A DNA stretch of 64,000 bases from an uncultured Verrucomicrobiae bacterium (GCA_963806855.1 CAWDYW010000002.1:96001-160000), one strand, 5' to 3'; positions 18,269-29,915 are shown, counted from the first letter of the stretch. The notes: a model not told the origin generated them from the letters alone. Made by a program: numbers and translations.

Positions 18269-19192
18269 ATGTCTATTTTATCTGTCCGCGAACTCCGGAA
18301 AGTTTATCCGGGTAAGAAACCCTTCACCGCTGTCGATGGGATTTCCTTTGAATTGAAACAGGGGGAGATCCTCGGGTTGCTGGGCCTCAATGGCGCTGGC
18401 AAAACGACGACGATTCAAATGCTGATGAGCACCCTCAAGCCCACTTCTGGAAAGATCCTCTACTTCGGCAAGGACTTTGTCAAACACAGAAGTGAGATTC
18501 TGCAGCAGGTGGTCTTCGCTAGCACCTATGTCAGTCTGCCGTGGAACCTGTCAGTGCGGCAGAATCTCGAAGTATTTGGCCGTCTCTTTTCGATCCAGCC
18601 GGCTGTTTATCGAAAAAGGCGGGATCAGCTGCTCGAGCGATTTGGGATCACTGATAAGCTTGAGGGACGTGTCTCTAACCTTTCATCGGGGCAGATCACC
18701 CGTTTGATGCTCGTCAAGGCGTTTATGGTGAATCCGAAGATCGTCCTGCTCGATGAGCCGACCGCCTCGCTCGACATCGAAATCGCCAAAGATGTGGTCG
18801 ACTTCATTTTGGAGCAGCAAAAGCAAGAGGGGACATCGATCCTCTACACCTCGCACAATATGGCTGAGGTGAGCGAAGTGTGCGATCGGGTGCTGTTCCT
18901 CAAGAAGGGGAAAATCATCGCCGATGATGTGCCTCAAAATTTGGCCAAGGCGGCAGCGAAGAGCAGAGTCGAGCTAGTCATTACGGATGAGATGGAGAGC
19001 GCAGTGAAGATTGCCAAGCAGCTCCATTTGGAGGCGCAGTGCGATCATCGGACGATCTCCCTAGAGCTCGATGAGGCGCAAATTGCCCATTTCTTATCGG
19101 CACTCGCTGCGGCTAAGGTGATCTATTCGGGAATCAACATCATTCAACCCACTTTGGAAGACTTCTTTCTAAAAGTATCGGAGGAGTCATGA
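18269..19192 (+). CDS. ABC-2 transporter ATP-binding protein
   Basis: Walker A GLNGAGKT, LSSGQ signature, LLDEPT. Confidence 0.95.
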   Translation: MSILSVRELRKVYPGKKPFTAVDGISFELKQGEILGLLGLNGAGKTTTIQMLMSTLKPTSGKILYFGKDFVKHRSEILQQVVFASTYVSLPWNLSVRQNLEVFGRLFSIQPAVYRKRRDQLLERFGITDKLEGRVSNLSSGQITRLMLVKAFMVNPKIVLLDEPTASLDIEIAKDVVDFILEQQKQEGTSILYTSHNMAEVSEVCDRVLFLKKGKIIADDVPQNLAKAAAKSRVELVITDEMESAVKIAKQLHLEAQCDHRTISLELDEAQIAHFLSALAAAKVIYSGINIIQPTLEDFFLKVSEES

Positions 19193-19971
19193 GTTTTGGA
19201 AGGATTCGGGCGATTTTCTTGCGCTATTTCTACTACTTTGGGAAGTTCGACCATTTGTCGGAGATATTCTACTGGCCGACCATCGACATTTTCCTATGGG
19301 GGATGATGAGCGTGTGGGTGCAAGGTGAATCGGGGCCTAACTCTGATGTCGCTCTGCTCATTTTAACTGGACTGGTGTTTTGGCAGGTGATCTGGCGCGG
19401 CAGCTATGAAATCACGATGAACATGTTGCAAGAGTTTTGGAACCGCAATCTCGTCAACCTCTTTTCCACTCCCCTCAAGCTCAGTGAATGGATGGCGGCG
19501 ACGATGCTGACGAGCTTCGCCAAGATTTTAATCACATTGTCCTTTTCTTCTGGCCTGGTCTGGCTGCTTTATTCGCTCAACATCTTTAAGTTGGGGTTCG
19601 CGATTATCCCTTTTATTGCCATGCTGACAGTTTCAGGTTGGATGATTGGCTATTTGTCGGCCGGAATTATCGTCTATTTTGGCCAAAGGTATCAGATGCT
19701 GGCCTGGATGATGCCGTTTGTTTTTGCCCCCTTTAGCGCCGTTTTTTACCCCCTCTCCGCCCTCCCATCTTGGGGGCAATTCATTGCCAAGGGTCTCCCG
19801 ATGACCTATATCTTCCAAGGGATGCGGCACGCGCTTGAGACTGGGATTTTCTCAATGGAGATGTTCTGGATGAGCGCGGCCCTCAATGGGCTTTTTCTGA
19901 TCTTCACCATGACCTTTTTTAAGGTGATGTTCGAGCGAAGCAGAAATAAGGGGCTCGCTCGATTAGAATAA
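19189..19971 (+). CDS. ABC-2 transporter permease
   Basis: Six TM segments, FYPLSALP motif, ATGA overlap with the ATPase. Confidence 0.92.
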   Translation: MSFGRIRAIFLRYFYYFGKFDHLSEIFYWPTIDIFLWGMMSVWVQGESGPNSDVALLILTGLVFWQVIWRGSYEITMNMLQEFWNRNLVNLFSTPLKLSEWMAATMLTSFAKILITLSFSSGLVWLLYSLNIFKLGFAIIPFIAMLTVSGWMIGYLSAGIIVYFGQRYQMLAWMMPFVFAPFSAVFYPLSALPSWGQFIAKGLPMTYIFQGMRHALETGIFSMEMFWMSAALNGLFLIFTMTFFKVMFERSRNKGLARLE

Positions 19972-21858
19972 CTGCTTAAAGACCATCGTCGAAAGGGGTG
20001 GCAGCGTCGCGGTGAAAAGATGAGCGTTGGAGTCCGGTTTAGCTTCGATCGTTTGGTAGCGCCAGATATTGGTGCCTCCATATTCGGCGGCATCGCTGTT
20101 GAAGATCTCTTTCCAATGGCCACCCCGATTGAGGCCTAGAGTGTAATTTTCTCTCGGCATGGGGGTGAAGTTACAGATGACCAGCAGGACTTCATTTGAT
20201 ATAGGATCTTTGCGATAGAATGAGAGGACGCTGTTGTCGCTATCGTACATGTTGACCCATTCGAAACATTCCCAAGTAATCTCGAGGTTGTGGAGCGCTT
20301 TTTCATTCCGGTAGAGGAAATTGAGGTCGTGGAGAATTCTCTTGATCCCTTGGTGCCGGTCAAAGGCAAGCAGGTGCCAATCCAAGGAGGTCTCATGGTT
20401 CCATTCGTTCCATTGGCCGATCTCGGCCCCCATGAAGAGCAATTTTTTCCCCGGGTGAGTGAACATGTAGCTATAGAGGAGGCGCAGATTGGCGAACTTC
20501 TGCCACTCGTCACCGGGCATCTTGTTGAGGAGCGATCGCTTCCCGTAGACCACTTCATCGTGGGAAAGGGAGAGGATGAAATTTTCACTGAAGAGATAGT
20601 ACAAATTAAACAAAAGGGTCCCGTGATGATATTTGCGGTGGACCGGATCTTTGGAAAAGTACTCAAGGGTATCATGCATCCACCCCATATTCCATTTGAG
20701 GCCAAAGCCAAGCCCGCCGACCGAAGTGGGTCGGGAGACCATCGGCCAGGCGGTTGACTCTTCGGCGATCATCTGGATGTAGGGGAATGAGGCGTAGACA
20801 TATTCGTTGAGCTGTTTGAGGAAGGAGATCGCTTCGAGATTTTCGTGGCCGCCAAAGACATTAGGGATCCACTCATTGGCTGGACGAGCATAGTCGAGGT
20901 AGAGCATCGAGGAGACCGCATCGACGCGGAGCCCATCGAGATGGTACTTTTGCAACCAAAAAACGGCGCTGCTGATCAAAAAGGAGCGGACCTCATTGCG
21001 CCCGTAGTTGAAGATGTAGCTTTTCCACTCAGGGTGGAAGCCTTTGCGCGGGTCAGCATGCTCATAGAGGGCTGTCCCGTCGAAGTAGGCCAAGCCGTGC
21101 AGGTCGGAGGGGAAATGGGAAGGGACCCAATCGAGGATGACGGCGATCTCATGCTGATGGAGCTTGTCGATTAGATACATGAAATCTTGGGGGGTGCCGT
21201 AGCGCTTGCTCGGGGCGAAATAACCGATTTGCTGATAGCCCCAGGAGCCGTAGAATGGGTGTTCCATCAGCGGCATGAATTCGACATGGGTAAAGCCCAT
21301 CTCGCTGAGATATTTCGGCAGGATCTCCGCCATCTCCCGGTAGGTGAGCGACTGGTTGTGCTCTTTCCGCTGCCACGAGCCAAAGTGGATTTCATAGATC
21401 GAAATCGGAGCGGAGAATGCATTCTTTTCTCCCCGAATCGCATCCCAATTGGCATCTTTCCACTGGTAGTCGAGATTCCAGACGATGGAGGCGGTTCGTG
21501 GGGGCTCCTCCCAAGAGATGGCGAATGGATCTCCCTTTTCCGCTTCGAAGTTTGGAGATTTAATCAGATACTTATAGACCGCCCCTTCTTTGACACCCGA
21601 GATGAACCCTTCCCAGATTCCGGAACTATCCCAGCGGACAAACAGGGGATGAGAAGTGCGGTTCCACCCGTTAAAATCGCCGATGACATTTACCTGAGTG
21701 GCGTTGGGAGCCCAGACAGCAAAATAGGTCCCCTCCACGCCATTTACGGTCATAGGGCGGGAGCCGAGCTTTTCGTAGAGGCGAAAGTGGGAGCCCTGCT
21801 TAAAAAGGAAGATGTCGACATCCGTAATGATGGTATGGGGGATAGATTCGGTGTTCAT
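19963..21858 (-). CDS. glgB: 1,4-alpha-glucan branching enzyme
   Basis: FAVWAPNA, DWVPSHF, DGLRVDAV, IAEEST, SLSHDEVVYGK. Confidence 0.97.
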   Translation of the reverse strand: MNTESIPHTIITDVDIFLFKQGSHFRLYEKLGSRPMTVNGVEGTYFAVWAPNATQVNVIGDFNGWNRTSHPLFVRWDSSGIWEGFISGVKEGAVYKYLIKSPNFEAEKGDPFAISWEEPPRTASIVWNLDYQWKDANWDAIRGEKNAFSAPISIYEIHFGSWQRKEHNQSLTYREMAEILPKYLSEMGFTHVEFMPLMEHPFYGSWGYQQIGYFAPSKRYGTPQDFMYLIDKLHQHEIAVILDWVPSHFPSDLHGLAYFDGTALYEHADPRKGFHPEWKSYIFNYGRNEVRSFLISSAVFWLQKYHLDGLRVDAVSSMLYLDYARPANEWIPNVFGGHENLEAISFLKQLNEYVYASFPYIQMIAEESTAWPMVSRPTSVGGLGFGLKWNMGWMHDTLEYFSKDPVHRKYHHGTLLFNLYYLFSENFILSLSHDEVVYGKRSLLNKMPGDEWQKFANLRLLYSYMFTHPGKKLLFMGAEIGQWNEWNHETSLDWHLLAFDRHQGIKRILHDLNFLYRNEKALHNLEITWECFEWVNMYDSDNSVLSFYRKDPISNEVLLVICNFTPMPRENYTLGLNRGGHWKEIFNSDAAEYGGTNIWRYQTIEAKPDSNAHLFTATLPPLSTMVFKQLF

Positions 21859-21967
21859 AGTTTACCTATAAATCAAAAGCCGGAGCAATTCAAGAAAATA
21901 GTTGTCATTATTATGTAATTGAAAAAAAAGCGAGTTTTATGTTATAATCTAATAAAAAGGATATAAA

Positions 21968-22621
21968 ATGACATGTAAAGTTCAATGGAATCCCATTGCA
22001 AATATGCCTATCTTTATTTGCACAGATGGAGAAGAATTTATTACCGATTCCCAAATAGATGCGCTAACTCAAAAGCACGTGCAAATTGCAGTGATTCTCG
22101 GCGCACTGGCTATCCCAGCTTTTCTTATCTACAAGGCTTACCGTTTTGCCAATCCTATCCGTGTACAGAATTTGGGTGGACTTAGAGTTGTGGTGGTGGA
22201 ACGTCCTAATACCCACTTAAAGGCTATGAAGCTGCGGGAGAAAATCGAGAATGGGGCCGATTTGGATATTACCGATCAAAGAGATAAGCCTCTTAGAAGC
22301 TATTCTACAGTCGGATTAATGGAACCGCCAAAAGGTCTGATCCTTCCTGATCAAATACCAGAGGAGTTTGAAAATGATGAGACTTATCCAAAGTACGTTT
22401 GTCCTCTCACGCAGTGTTTGATCCGCTTTCCCCGTTTAGACCCGACGGATGGGACGACCCTTTATGAACAAAGTGCAATTGAGCATCATTTGGAAGAAGC
22501 CAAGACATCTCCTATGACAAGGGATCCTCTCACTGAGGATGACTTAGTCGAAGTTCCGAATATTGCCCGTTACATCAAGATGAGGCTCTTTCAATATCAC
22601 AAGGAAACAAGGCCAAAGTAG
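21968..22621 (+). CDS. U-box (E3 ligase-like) protein with an N-terminal TM helix
   Basis: YVCPLTQCLIRFP..DGTTLYEQSAI...TSPMTRDPL. Confidence 0.85.
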   Translation: MTCKVQWNPIANMPIFICTDGEEFITDSQIDALTQKHVQIAVILGALAIPAFLIYKAYRFANPIRVQNLGGLRVVVVERPNTHLKAMKLREKIENGADLDITDQRDKPLRSYSTVGLMEPPKGLILPDQIPEEFENDETYPKYVCPLTQCLIRFPRLDPTDGTTLYEQSAIEHHLEEAKTSPMTRDPLTEDDLVEVPNIARYIKMRLFQYHKETRPK

Positions 22622-22642
22622 ATTACATCATTCATCTTTTTT

Positions 22643-22729
22643 CAACGCAAAGACACGAAGGCGCAAAGACGCAAAAAAAAATTATTTTTTCTTTTTCCTG
22701 CGTCTTTGCGCCTTTGCGTCTTTGCGTTG
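22643..22729. repeat. Palindromic element built from 8-bp CGCAAAGA units (copy 1)
   Basis: CAACGCAAAGACACGAAGGCGCAAAGACGCA ... TGCGTCTTTGCGCCTTTGCGTCTTTGCGTTG; second copy at 46834. Confidence 0.88.
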
Positions 22730-22738
22730 TAAATTGCC

Positions 22739-23690
22739 TTACATCATCTGCTCTAAGATCTTTTCCAACTTCATCAGGTCGTGGGCGAAGTTGCGGATCC
22801 CTTCCATCAGCTTCTCAACCGCCATCGCGTTGTCGCAGAGCATCCAATGGAATGACTTTTGGTCGATTTTTAGAGGGGGAATCTCCATCCCTTTGGCCTT
22901 GGCGGCGTCGAGTTTGTGAGGGACAGCACCTGTAGCGCTCTCCAATTCTTTGAGGAGGGGAGGGGCGATGGTCAGGAGGTCGCAGCCGGCAAGCTCGAGG
23001 ATTTCACCGCTGTTGCGGAAGGAAGCGCCCATCACTTGGGTCTTGATCCCATGTTTTTTGTAGTAATTATAAATCTCGGTGACGGAGAGGACTCCGGGGT
23101 CGTCTACCGGAGCAAAATCTTTCCCTTCTGCCTTTTTGAACCAGTCTAAGATCCGGCCGACAAAGGGGGAGATGAGGGTGGCGCCGGCATCGGCACAGGC
23201 GATCGCTTGCGGCATGGAGAACATCAGGGTCATGTTGCAGTGGATTCCCTCTTTTTCGAGTACTTTTGCTGCTTGGGCCCCTTCCCAGGTGGAGGCGAGC
23301 TTGATCAAGACCCGTTTCCGATCGATGCCGGCGGCTGCATAGAGGGCGATCAGGTCGGTGGGCTTTTTTGATGCTCCCTTCTATATCGAAGGAGAGGCGG
23401 GCATCGACTTCGGTGGAAACGCGGCCGGGGACGATTTTCAAAATTTCGACGCCGAAATTGACGAAGAGTTTATCGACGGTCAGGGTCATCCGCTCAGGCT
23501 TAGTTTTTCCTTTCTTGCCAAAAGTGATCGCATCTTGGATGAGGAACTGATATTCCGGCAGGCCTGCCGCTTTGAAAATGAGCGATGGGTTGGTGGTTGC
23601 ATCGGTCGGCTTAAATTTTTTGATCTCTTCGATCTCTCCAGTGTCGGCGACAATCGTGGTCCACTTCTTTAACTCATCTAATTTGCTCAT
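22739..23690 (-). CDS. tal: Transaldolase (one frameshift near 23350)
   Basis: [43 protein letters not shown]. Confidence 0.96.
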
Positions 23691-23709
23691 TTTAACTCCT
23701 TTTCACTGA

Positions 23710-24156
23710 TTATAAAAGTTTTAAATTTAGAAGGGAAGAATTTCGAGAAGTCTGAAGACTTTTGAGCTGCTTATCGAAATGATCGGCCTTAATGATCTCC
23801 CGATGGCCATTGAGGGTGATCGTGACCGTTTTGCCCTCTTTGAGCTGCGCAATGAGGTGATCTTGCAATTCGGATGGGAGCTGAACCCGCTGCTGTCCTT
23901 GATGGAAGGGTGCGAAACAGGTCGCTGAATTGATCTGGATTTTGGCTTCTGCGATAAGGGGATTATGGACTTGTAGATAGGCGATAAGGCCATTTTTTGT
24001 TTGGAGGAATTCGAGATCGATGCCCAGAACGTGATCCTGAGATTGATAGAGAAGGCGGCTGCAGTGGGAGCTTTTTTCGCAGATGTGCTGGCAATTCCAT
24101 TGGCTGGTCTTCTGGCAAGAAAGCAGCAAAAGGAGAAGGCTAATGACTCTTTTCAT
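23710..24156 (-). CDS. Hypothetical lipoprotein
   Basis: MKRVISLLLLLLSC lipobox-like signal. Confidence 0.7.
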   Translation of the reverse strand: MKRVISLLLLLLSCQKTSQWNCQHICEKSSHCSRLLYQSQDHVLGIDLEFLQTKNGLIAYLQVHNPLIAEAKIQINSATCFAPFHQGQQRVQLPSELQDHLIAQLKEGKTVTITLNGHREIIKADHFDKQLKSLQTSRNSSLLNLKLL

Positions 24157-24412
24157 GTTTATGGTTCACGCCGACGAGAACTAAGGTCAGAACTCCAAGC
24201 GCTGTAGTCCCGAAGGCAATCGCCCAATTTTTTTGCTTGGCGCGCCGAATCGACTTGAGGTAGTCATCGCTCTCCCTGCCAACAAATTTCCCTTTATTGA
24301 AACAATCGTCAGTTTCATCGTAGTAGACTTTTGGTTCGCAATTCTCCTGAGCACCCGCTACATGGGAGAAAACTAGGCCGAGGACAGTAATAGACGCAAT
24401 AATTTTTTTCAT
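24140..24412 (-). CDS. Small hypothetical exported/membrane protein
   Basis: MKKIIASITVLG signal peptide plus C-terminal TM; overlaps both neighbours. Confidence 0.65.
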   Translation of the reverse strand: MKKIIASITVLGLVFSHVAGAQENCEPKVYYDETDDCFNKGKFVGRESDDYLKSIRRAKQKNWAIAFGTTALGVLTLVLVGVNHKHEKSH

Positions 24413-24996
24413 AAACCCAACATTAGTAATTGCCAGACGATCCCGAGTTTCGATTGCTCTAAGACCATCTGCTTGAAAGATGTGGATTCTACCCCCTCGC
24501 TCTTTTTTTGCCAAGCTTCTCGTAACCCCTTCTCATTGTCGACGAGGGTAAATAGATCGTCGCATAGGGTCATGGAACGGAGCGATTGCTCGATTAGCGC
24601 TGTGTGCTTGCCAAAATCTTTCTTTAGGGCACCGGCGGTCAGAATGTAGGCCTCCCCATTGCGGATCAAGATTACCTGCAACAGACGGGCTGGCCCAAAT
24701 TTTGTCGCCGTTTCGATTTCCACTAGTTCGGCCGGTCCACTTTTCGTCTCAATTTTCCCCAGATGACGCCATTTTTGCTTATTGGAGGTGCAGTTTTTTT
24801 GGACGATCGCCAAATACTGCTCGGTCGAGAGGTTGACTCGCTCATGGGTGAGGTTGATCGAGGGGCAAAAGCCTGATTTATGCTTATCGACGAATCCGAC
24901 AATTGCCCGGTGGGAAGGCATCTTTGGATCGGAGATCTCCCAATTGGGCGGGGGGGTGAAGAGGCAATGAGATAAAATGAGGCCAAGTGTCAACAT
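24409..24996 (-). CDS. Conserved chlamydial hypothetical exported protein
   Basis: FTPPPNW...GFCPSINL; position between tal and the ATPase operon. Confidence 0.7.
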   Translation of the reverse strand: MLTLGLILSHCLFTPPPNWEISDPKMPSHRAIVGFVDKHKSGFCPSINLTHERVNLSTEQYLAIVQKNCTSNKQKWRHLGKIETKSGPAELVEIETATKFGPARLLQVILIRNGEAYILTAGALKKDFGKHTALIEQSLRSMTLCDDLFTLVDNEKGLREAWQKKSEGVESTSFKQMVLEQSKLGIVWQLLMLGL

Positions 24997-24998
24997 GG

Positions 24999-25253
24999 CT
25001 AATCGCTGTCAGAATGTGAATTGTGAATTAGGCCGGTGATCAGGGCGATCGCGGCGGCGAGGCCAATCCCCCAGCCGATCATCGAAGCGCTGACCGCATT
25101 GAAAATCCCATCTTGACATCCGTTGACAGGGCCAGTGTTGTAGAGGGCGTTTTGCTCGTCCACGGCGGCGTCGAGCCATTCCCCGTTATCAGCTCGTAAT
25201 GCTGTCGAGGTGATTAACAGGAGGGGGAGGATCATGCGGATCATTCTTTTCAT
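24999..25253 (-). CDS. Small hypothetical membrane protein
   Basis: Signal peptide plus C-terminal SMIGWGIGLAAAIALITG. Confidence 0.65.
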   Translation of the reverse strand: MKRMIRMILPLLLITSTALRADNGEWLDAAVDEQNALYNTGPVNGCQDGIFNAVSASMIGWGIGLAAAIALITGLIHNSHSDSD

Positions 25254-25419
25254 ACCTTACATATGACATAACTATTAATTTTCTGGAAGTGAAAATTAAT
25301 TGTGTTCTAAATACTTAAATTTAAATTAATAAAAGTTCGGGCAGGGGCAGGGGCACGAAATTTCGGGGTTGAAATATATCTTGTACTGAGCGATAAATAA
25401 TCCCAAAAAGGATAGATGC

Positions 25420-26049
25420 ATGGATACAATTGAGACGGGTAAGGACAAAGTCAAGAAGATCTGCGAGGTTTTGCGTAAGGAGACCATCGAGCCGGCCATC
25501 GCTGAGGCGAGGAATATTCTGGAAACTGCTCAGGATAATGCCGACCTGATCATCGAAGAGGCTCGCGCGAAGGCAGCGAAGATGATCGCCGAGGCCGAAA
25601 AGGATATCGACAAAAAGTATGCGGTCTTCAAAACAGCGCTCAATCAGGGTGCTCGCCAATCGATCGAATGGCTAAGGCAAGAGATTCAAGAGCGGCTCCT
25701 CCATCATAATCTCGGGGAGATGATTGCCAAAGCGAGCAGCAACCCGAAGGTTCTCAGCGACATGATCAAAACGGTCATTAAGGCGATCGAAGAGGAAGGG
25801 CTGGATACCGAGCTCAGCGCAGTGATCCCCGGAGCCGTCGATCCTCAAGAAGTGAATGTGCTGCTCGGAAAAGATCTACTCGAAAGACTGAAAGAGAAGA
25901 GTGTTTTACTTGGATCCAAAAAGGGAGGGGTCGAAGTGAAGCTTCATAAAGAACATATCACCATCGATCTCTCGGATACCGCTCTGCTGGAATTGATGAC
26001 CCAGTATGTGCGTAAAGAGTTTCATCAATACTTTTTTGCTTCCGAATAA
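25420..26049 (+). CDS. atpE: V/A-type ATP synthase subunit E
   Basis: DKVKKICEVLRKETIEPA; first gene of the operon. Confidence 0.92.
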   Translation: MDTIETGKDKVKKICEVLRKETIEPAIAEARNILETAQDNADLIIEEARAKAAKMIAEAEKDIDKKYAVFKTALNQGARQSIEWLRQEIQERLLHHNLGEMIAKASSNPKVLSDMIKTVIKAIEEEGLDTELSAVIPGAVDPQEVNVLLGKDLLERLKEKSVLLGSKKGGVEVKLHKEHITIDLSDTALLELMTQYVRKEFHQYFFASE

Positions 26050-26059
26050 TATTTAAGGC

Positions 26060-26833
26060 ATGAAAAACTACTATTTTGTCGCTCCTTCTCTGCCCCCGCT
26101 TGTGCTCGGACAAGCGCCGGAGATCTCTTTTGAAGAGCTGATCCATCGCTTGGAGCTCAACTTGAGCCAAGAGGACCTAAGGCAAGTGAAAGTGCTTAGG
26201 CTGGCGATCGATCTCTACAACATCCGAGCCCATTATTCGAATCAACCGCTCGATCCGCGCGGGAATTTAAATGAAAAAGAGCTCGACGATGCCCTTCTTG
26301 CCGAAGCCGACCTGCCCCCCTATGTGTTCGAATTCTTGAACCAATTTGAGGATGTCCAGGAGAAGGTGCGCCACTTTTTTGGACTCCTCTCTCGCTACTA
26401 TACCGAAGAGGGGCGCAAAGCAAAGGGGTTTTTGAAGCAACTGCTAGGGTTTCAAAGAGATGTGCGGCTGGTACTCGCTGCCATTAGAGCTAAGAAGTTG
26501 AAGCGAGATGTGCTCAAAGAATTTCAGTTTGAAGATTTCACCGACCCTCTCGTCGCTCATATTTTGGCACAGCGAGACATGGACACCTACGAGCCTCCAT
26601 TGGAATATCAAGATTTGAAAAACAAGATACAGGCTGCCGGAGATGATCCTTTGGAGCAATACAAGGCAGTCATTGGTTATGAGTTGGATAGAATAGAAGA
26701 GATGACCGGTTACCCCCTCTTCTCACTGGCTTGGATTTTGGGCTATGTGGCGAAGCTGCTGCTGGTCGAGCGGTATCATATGCTCGATAGTGGAAGGGGT
26801 AAGGAGATCATCGAGAAGTATAAAACGGGATAA
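26060..26833 (+). CDS. DUF2764 family V-ATPase-associated protein
   Basis: YYFVAPSLPPL N-terminus; located between subunits E and A as in Chlamydiae. Confidence 0.85.
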   Translation: MKNYYFVAPSLPPLVLGQAPEISFEELIHRLELNLSQEDLRQVKVLRLAIDLYNIRAHYSNQPLDPRGNLNEKELDDALLAEADLPPYVFEFLNQFEDVQEKVRHFFGLLSRYYTEEGRKAKGFLKQLLGFQRDVRLVLAAIRAKKLKRDVLKEFQFEDFTDPLVAHILAQRDMDTYEPPLEYQDLKNKIQAAGDDPLEQYKAVIGYELDRIEEMTGYPLFSLAWILGYVAKLLLVERYHMLDSGRGKEIIEKYKTG

Positions 26834-26836
26834 AAG

Positions 26837-28610
26837 ATGACAAAACACCATGCAACAGGAAAAGTGGTTCGCGCTTTTGGCAATTTGCTCCACGTCGCTT
26901 TTGAGGGGAATATCCGTCAGGGTGAGGTCGCCATGGTCGAACTGGGCAATGCCAGCTTAAAAGCAGAAGTGATCGAAATCGTCGGCAATGAAGCAAAATT
27001 GCAGGTTTACGAAGACACTAGGGGCGTCAAATTGGGCACCCATGTCGAATTTTCCACTTTACTGCTCGAAGCCGAGCTTGGCCCCGGACTCCTTAGCTCG
27101 ATTTTCGATGGACTGCAAAACCCGCTTGAAAATGTGGCCAAAGCAACCGGTCTCTTTTTGACACGGGGCACCTACTTGCCCGCGCTCGACTATATCCGCC
27201 ATTGGGATTACAACCCGATCGTCAAGGTTGACGATGTCCTCTCACGAGGCGAATACCTGGGCTATACGATGGAGGGCCGCTTCCACCACTACATCATGGT
27301 TCCATTCGTGCTGACGGGTAAATTCAGGATCACTTGGGTGATCAAACCGGGCTCCTATACGATCGATACTGTTGTCGCCAAAGCGGTCGATGAGCAAGGG
27401 GCAGAGCATGAGTTTACCATGGTCCAAAAATGGCCGGTCAAGATCTGCGCTGTCTGCTGGGACGAAAGTGCCATTAAAGCAGATGATGGACACCGGCTTC
27501 CGCATTATCGATACCCAATTTCCGGTGATGAAAGGGGGCACATTTTGCGCTCCAGGACCATTTGGAGCCGGAAAAACGGTCCTGCAGCATCACCTTTCCA
27601 AATATTCTTCGGTCGACATCGTGATCGTCGTCGCTTGCGGTGAGCGAGCCGGCGAGGTGGTCGAGGTGCTCCGCACATTCCCTCACTTGACCGATCCCCA
27701 TACCCATGAACCGTTGATGAGCCGTACGGTCATCATCTGCAATACCTCCTCGATGCCGGTCTCTGCGCGGGAAGCGTCGATCTACATGGGAGCGACGATT
27801 GCCGAATACTACCGGCAGATGGGGCTCGATGTTCTCCTTCTGGCCGACTCGACTTCTCGCTGGGCCCAAGCAATGCGCGAAATGTCGGGCCGTCTCGAAG
27901 AGATTCCGGGCGAAGAGGCCTTCCCCGCCTATCTTGCCTCCCGTATTGCCGCCTTTTACGAGCGGGCGGGGTTGCTCGAGCTTCCCAGTGGAAAGACCGG
28001 CTCGCTGACAATTGGCGGCACGGTATCGCCCGCTGGAGGAAACTTCGAAGAACCGGTGACTCAAGCGACACTCTCTGTAGTCGGCGCCTTCTTGGGGCTG
28101 TCCCGCGCTCGTTCTGATGCGCGCCGCTATCCTGCGATCGATCCGCTCATCTCTTGGAGCAAATATGTTTCGAATGTCGGTGATCAGCTCGACGAGAAAG
28201 TGAAAGGATGGGGCGAAATGGTCCATAGGAGCAGCCAAGATACTCCGCAACGGAGACGATATCGGCAAACGGATGGAGGTCGTCGGGGAAGAGGGGATAT
28301 CGCTCACCGATATCGTCACCTACCTGAAATCCGAGCTCTATGAATTCAGCTATCTGCAGCAAAATGCTTTTGACAAAGAAGATGCTTATTGCCCGCTCGA
28401 GCGGCAAATCCCGCTCTTTAAGATCATCGGCAACATTTTCGAAGCGATTTTACACTTCGAAGATCACGACAGCGCGCAGATCCTTTTTCCTGGAGCTGCA
28501 GAACGAAATTAAAAACATGAACTTCATGCCCTTTAAATAGTGAGCACTACCATCGGGCCTATGCAAGAATCGAGAACAAAGTTGAAAAACAGGCGGCTGC
28601 AATAAGATGA
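26837..28610 (+). CDS. atpA: V/A-type ATP synthase subunit A (frameshifted)
   Basis: GPFGAGKT, CGERAGE, ADSTSRWAQAMREMSGRLEEIPGEEAFPAYL. Confidence 0.96.
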
Positions 28611-29915
28611 AAAAAATCTACGATAGAATTGTTGACATGCGCGGAAACCTCATCACCGTCATTGCAAGAGGGTGAGCCTAGGGGAGATCGCCCGCATCCA
28701 AAAACGAAATGGCGACACCACCTATGCTTCTGTCTTGAGCATCGAAGGAGAACTAGTCACATTGCAGTGCTTTGAAAATACCCGCGGTATTTCCACCAAC
28801 GATCAAGTGATCTTCTTAGGGAAGCAGATGCAGGTGGCCTGCTCGCGAGGCGATGCTCGGAAGAAGCTTAAATGGAGCAGGGGACCCTATCGACAATGGC
28901 CCGATGATTCAGGGCGAAAAGATCGAAATCGGGATCTCCGTCTTTCAATCCTGTGCGCCGCATCATTCCGCAAGAGATCGGTCCGCACCAACATTCCGAT
29001 GATCGATGTCTTCAACTGCCTTGTCAAATCGCAGAAAATCCCCATCTTTTCGATTGCTGGCGAACCCTATAACTGCCTTCTTGATGCGGATTGCCAACCA
29101 GACCGACGCGGATGTCGTCATCATTGGCGGCATGGGCCTGCGCTTCGACGACTACCAAGCCTTCATCGACAACGCTGAAAGCGCCGGCTCGCTTGAAAAA
29201 ACGGTCATGTTCATTCATCAGGCGACAGATCCTGCCGTCGAATGCATGCTCGTGCCCGATATGGCGCTTGCCTGCGCTGAGAAATTTGCAATGCAAGAGA
29301 AAAATGTCCTCGTCTTGCTGACCGACATGACCGCCTTTGCCGATGCGATCAAAGAGATCATGATCACGATGGACCAGGTGCCTTCGAACCGCGGCTATCC
29401 AGGGTCGCTCTATTCCGATTTGGCTGCTCGCTATGAAAAAGCGGTCGATATCGATGGCAGCGGCTCGATCACGATCATTTCTGTGACCACGATGCCTGGG
29501 GGCGATGTGACGCATCCGATTCCCGACAACACCGGCTACATCACCGAAGGACAATTTTATCTGCATGGCGGCAGGATCGATCCATTCGGCTCGCTCTCTC
29601 GTCTCAAGCAGCAGGTGATTGGAAAAGTGACGCGCGAAGACCATGGCGATATGGCCAATGCCCAGATCCGTCTCTATGCCGATTCGAAGAAAGCGCGTGA
29701 GCGGCAGAGCATGGGCTTTAAACTCTCCCGTTGGGATGAAAAATTGCTCAACTTCTCGATTCTATTTGAAGAGCGGATGATGAATCTCGAAGTGAACTAC
29801 ACTTTGGAAGAGGCGCTCGATCTTGGTTGGAAGACTTTGGCTGAGTGTTTTGAGCAGCATGAAGTGGGGATTAAAGATTCCCTGATTAGAAAAATATTGG
29901 CCTACGGATGTCTGA
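28607..29915 (+). CDS. atpB: V/A-type ATP synthase subunit B (frameshifted)
   Basis: [42 protein letters not shown]. Confidence 0.96.

Noticed and set aside
20136..21918. Long alternative-frame and antisense ORFs inside glgB (similar ones inside rpoC, atpA and valS)
   Set aside because: These are expected by-products of GC-rich codon bias and show no recognisable motifs.
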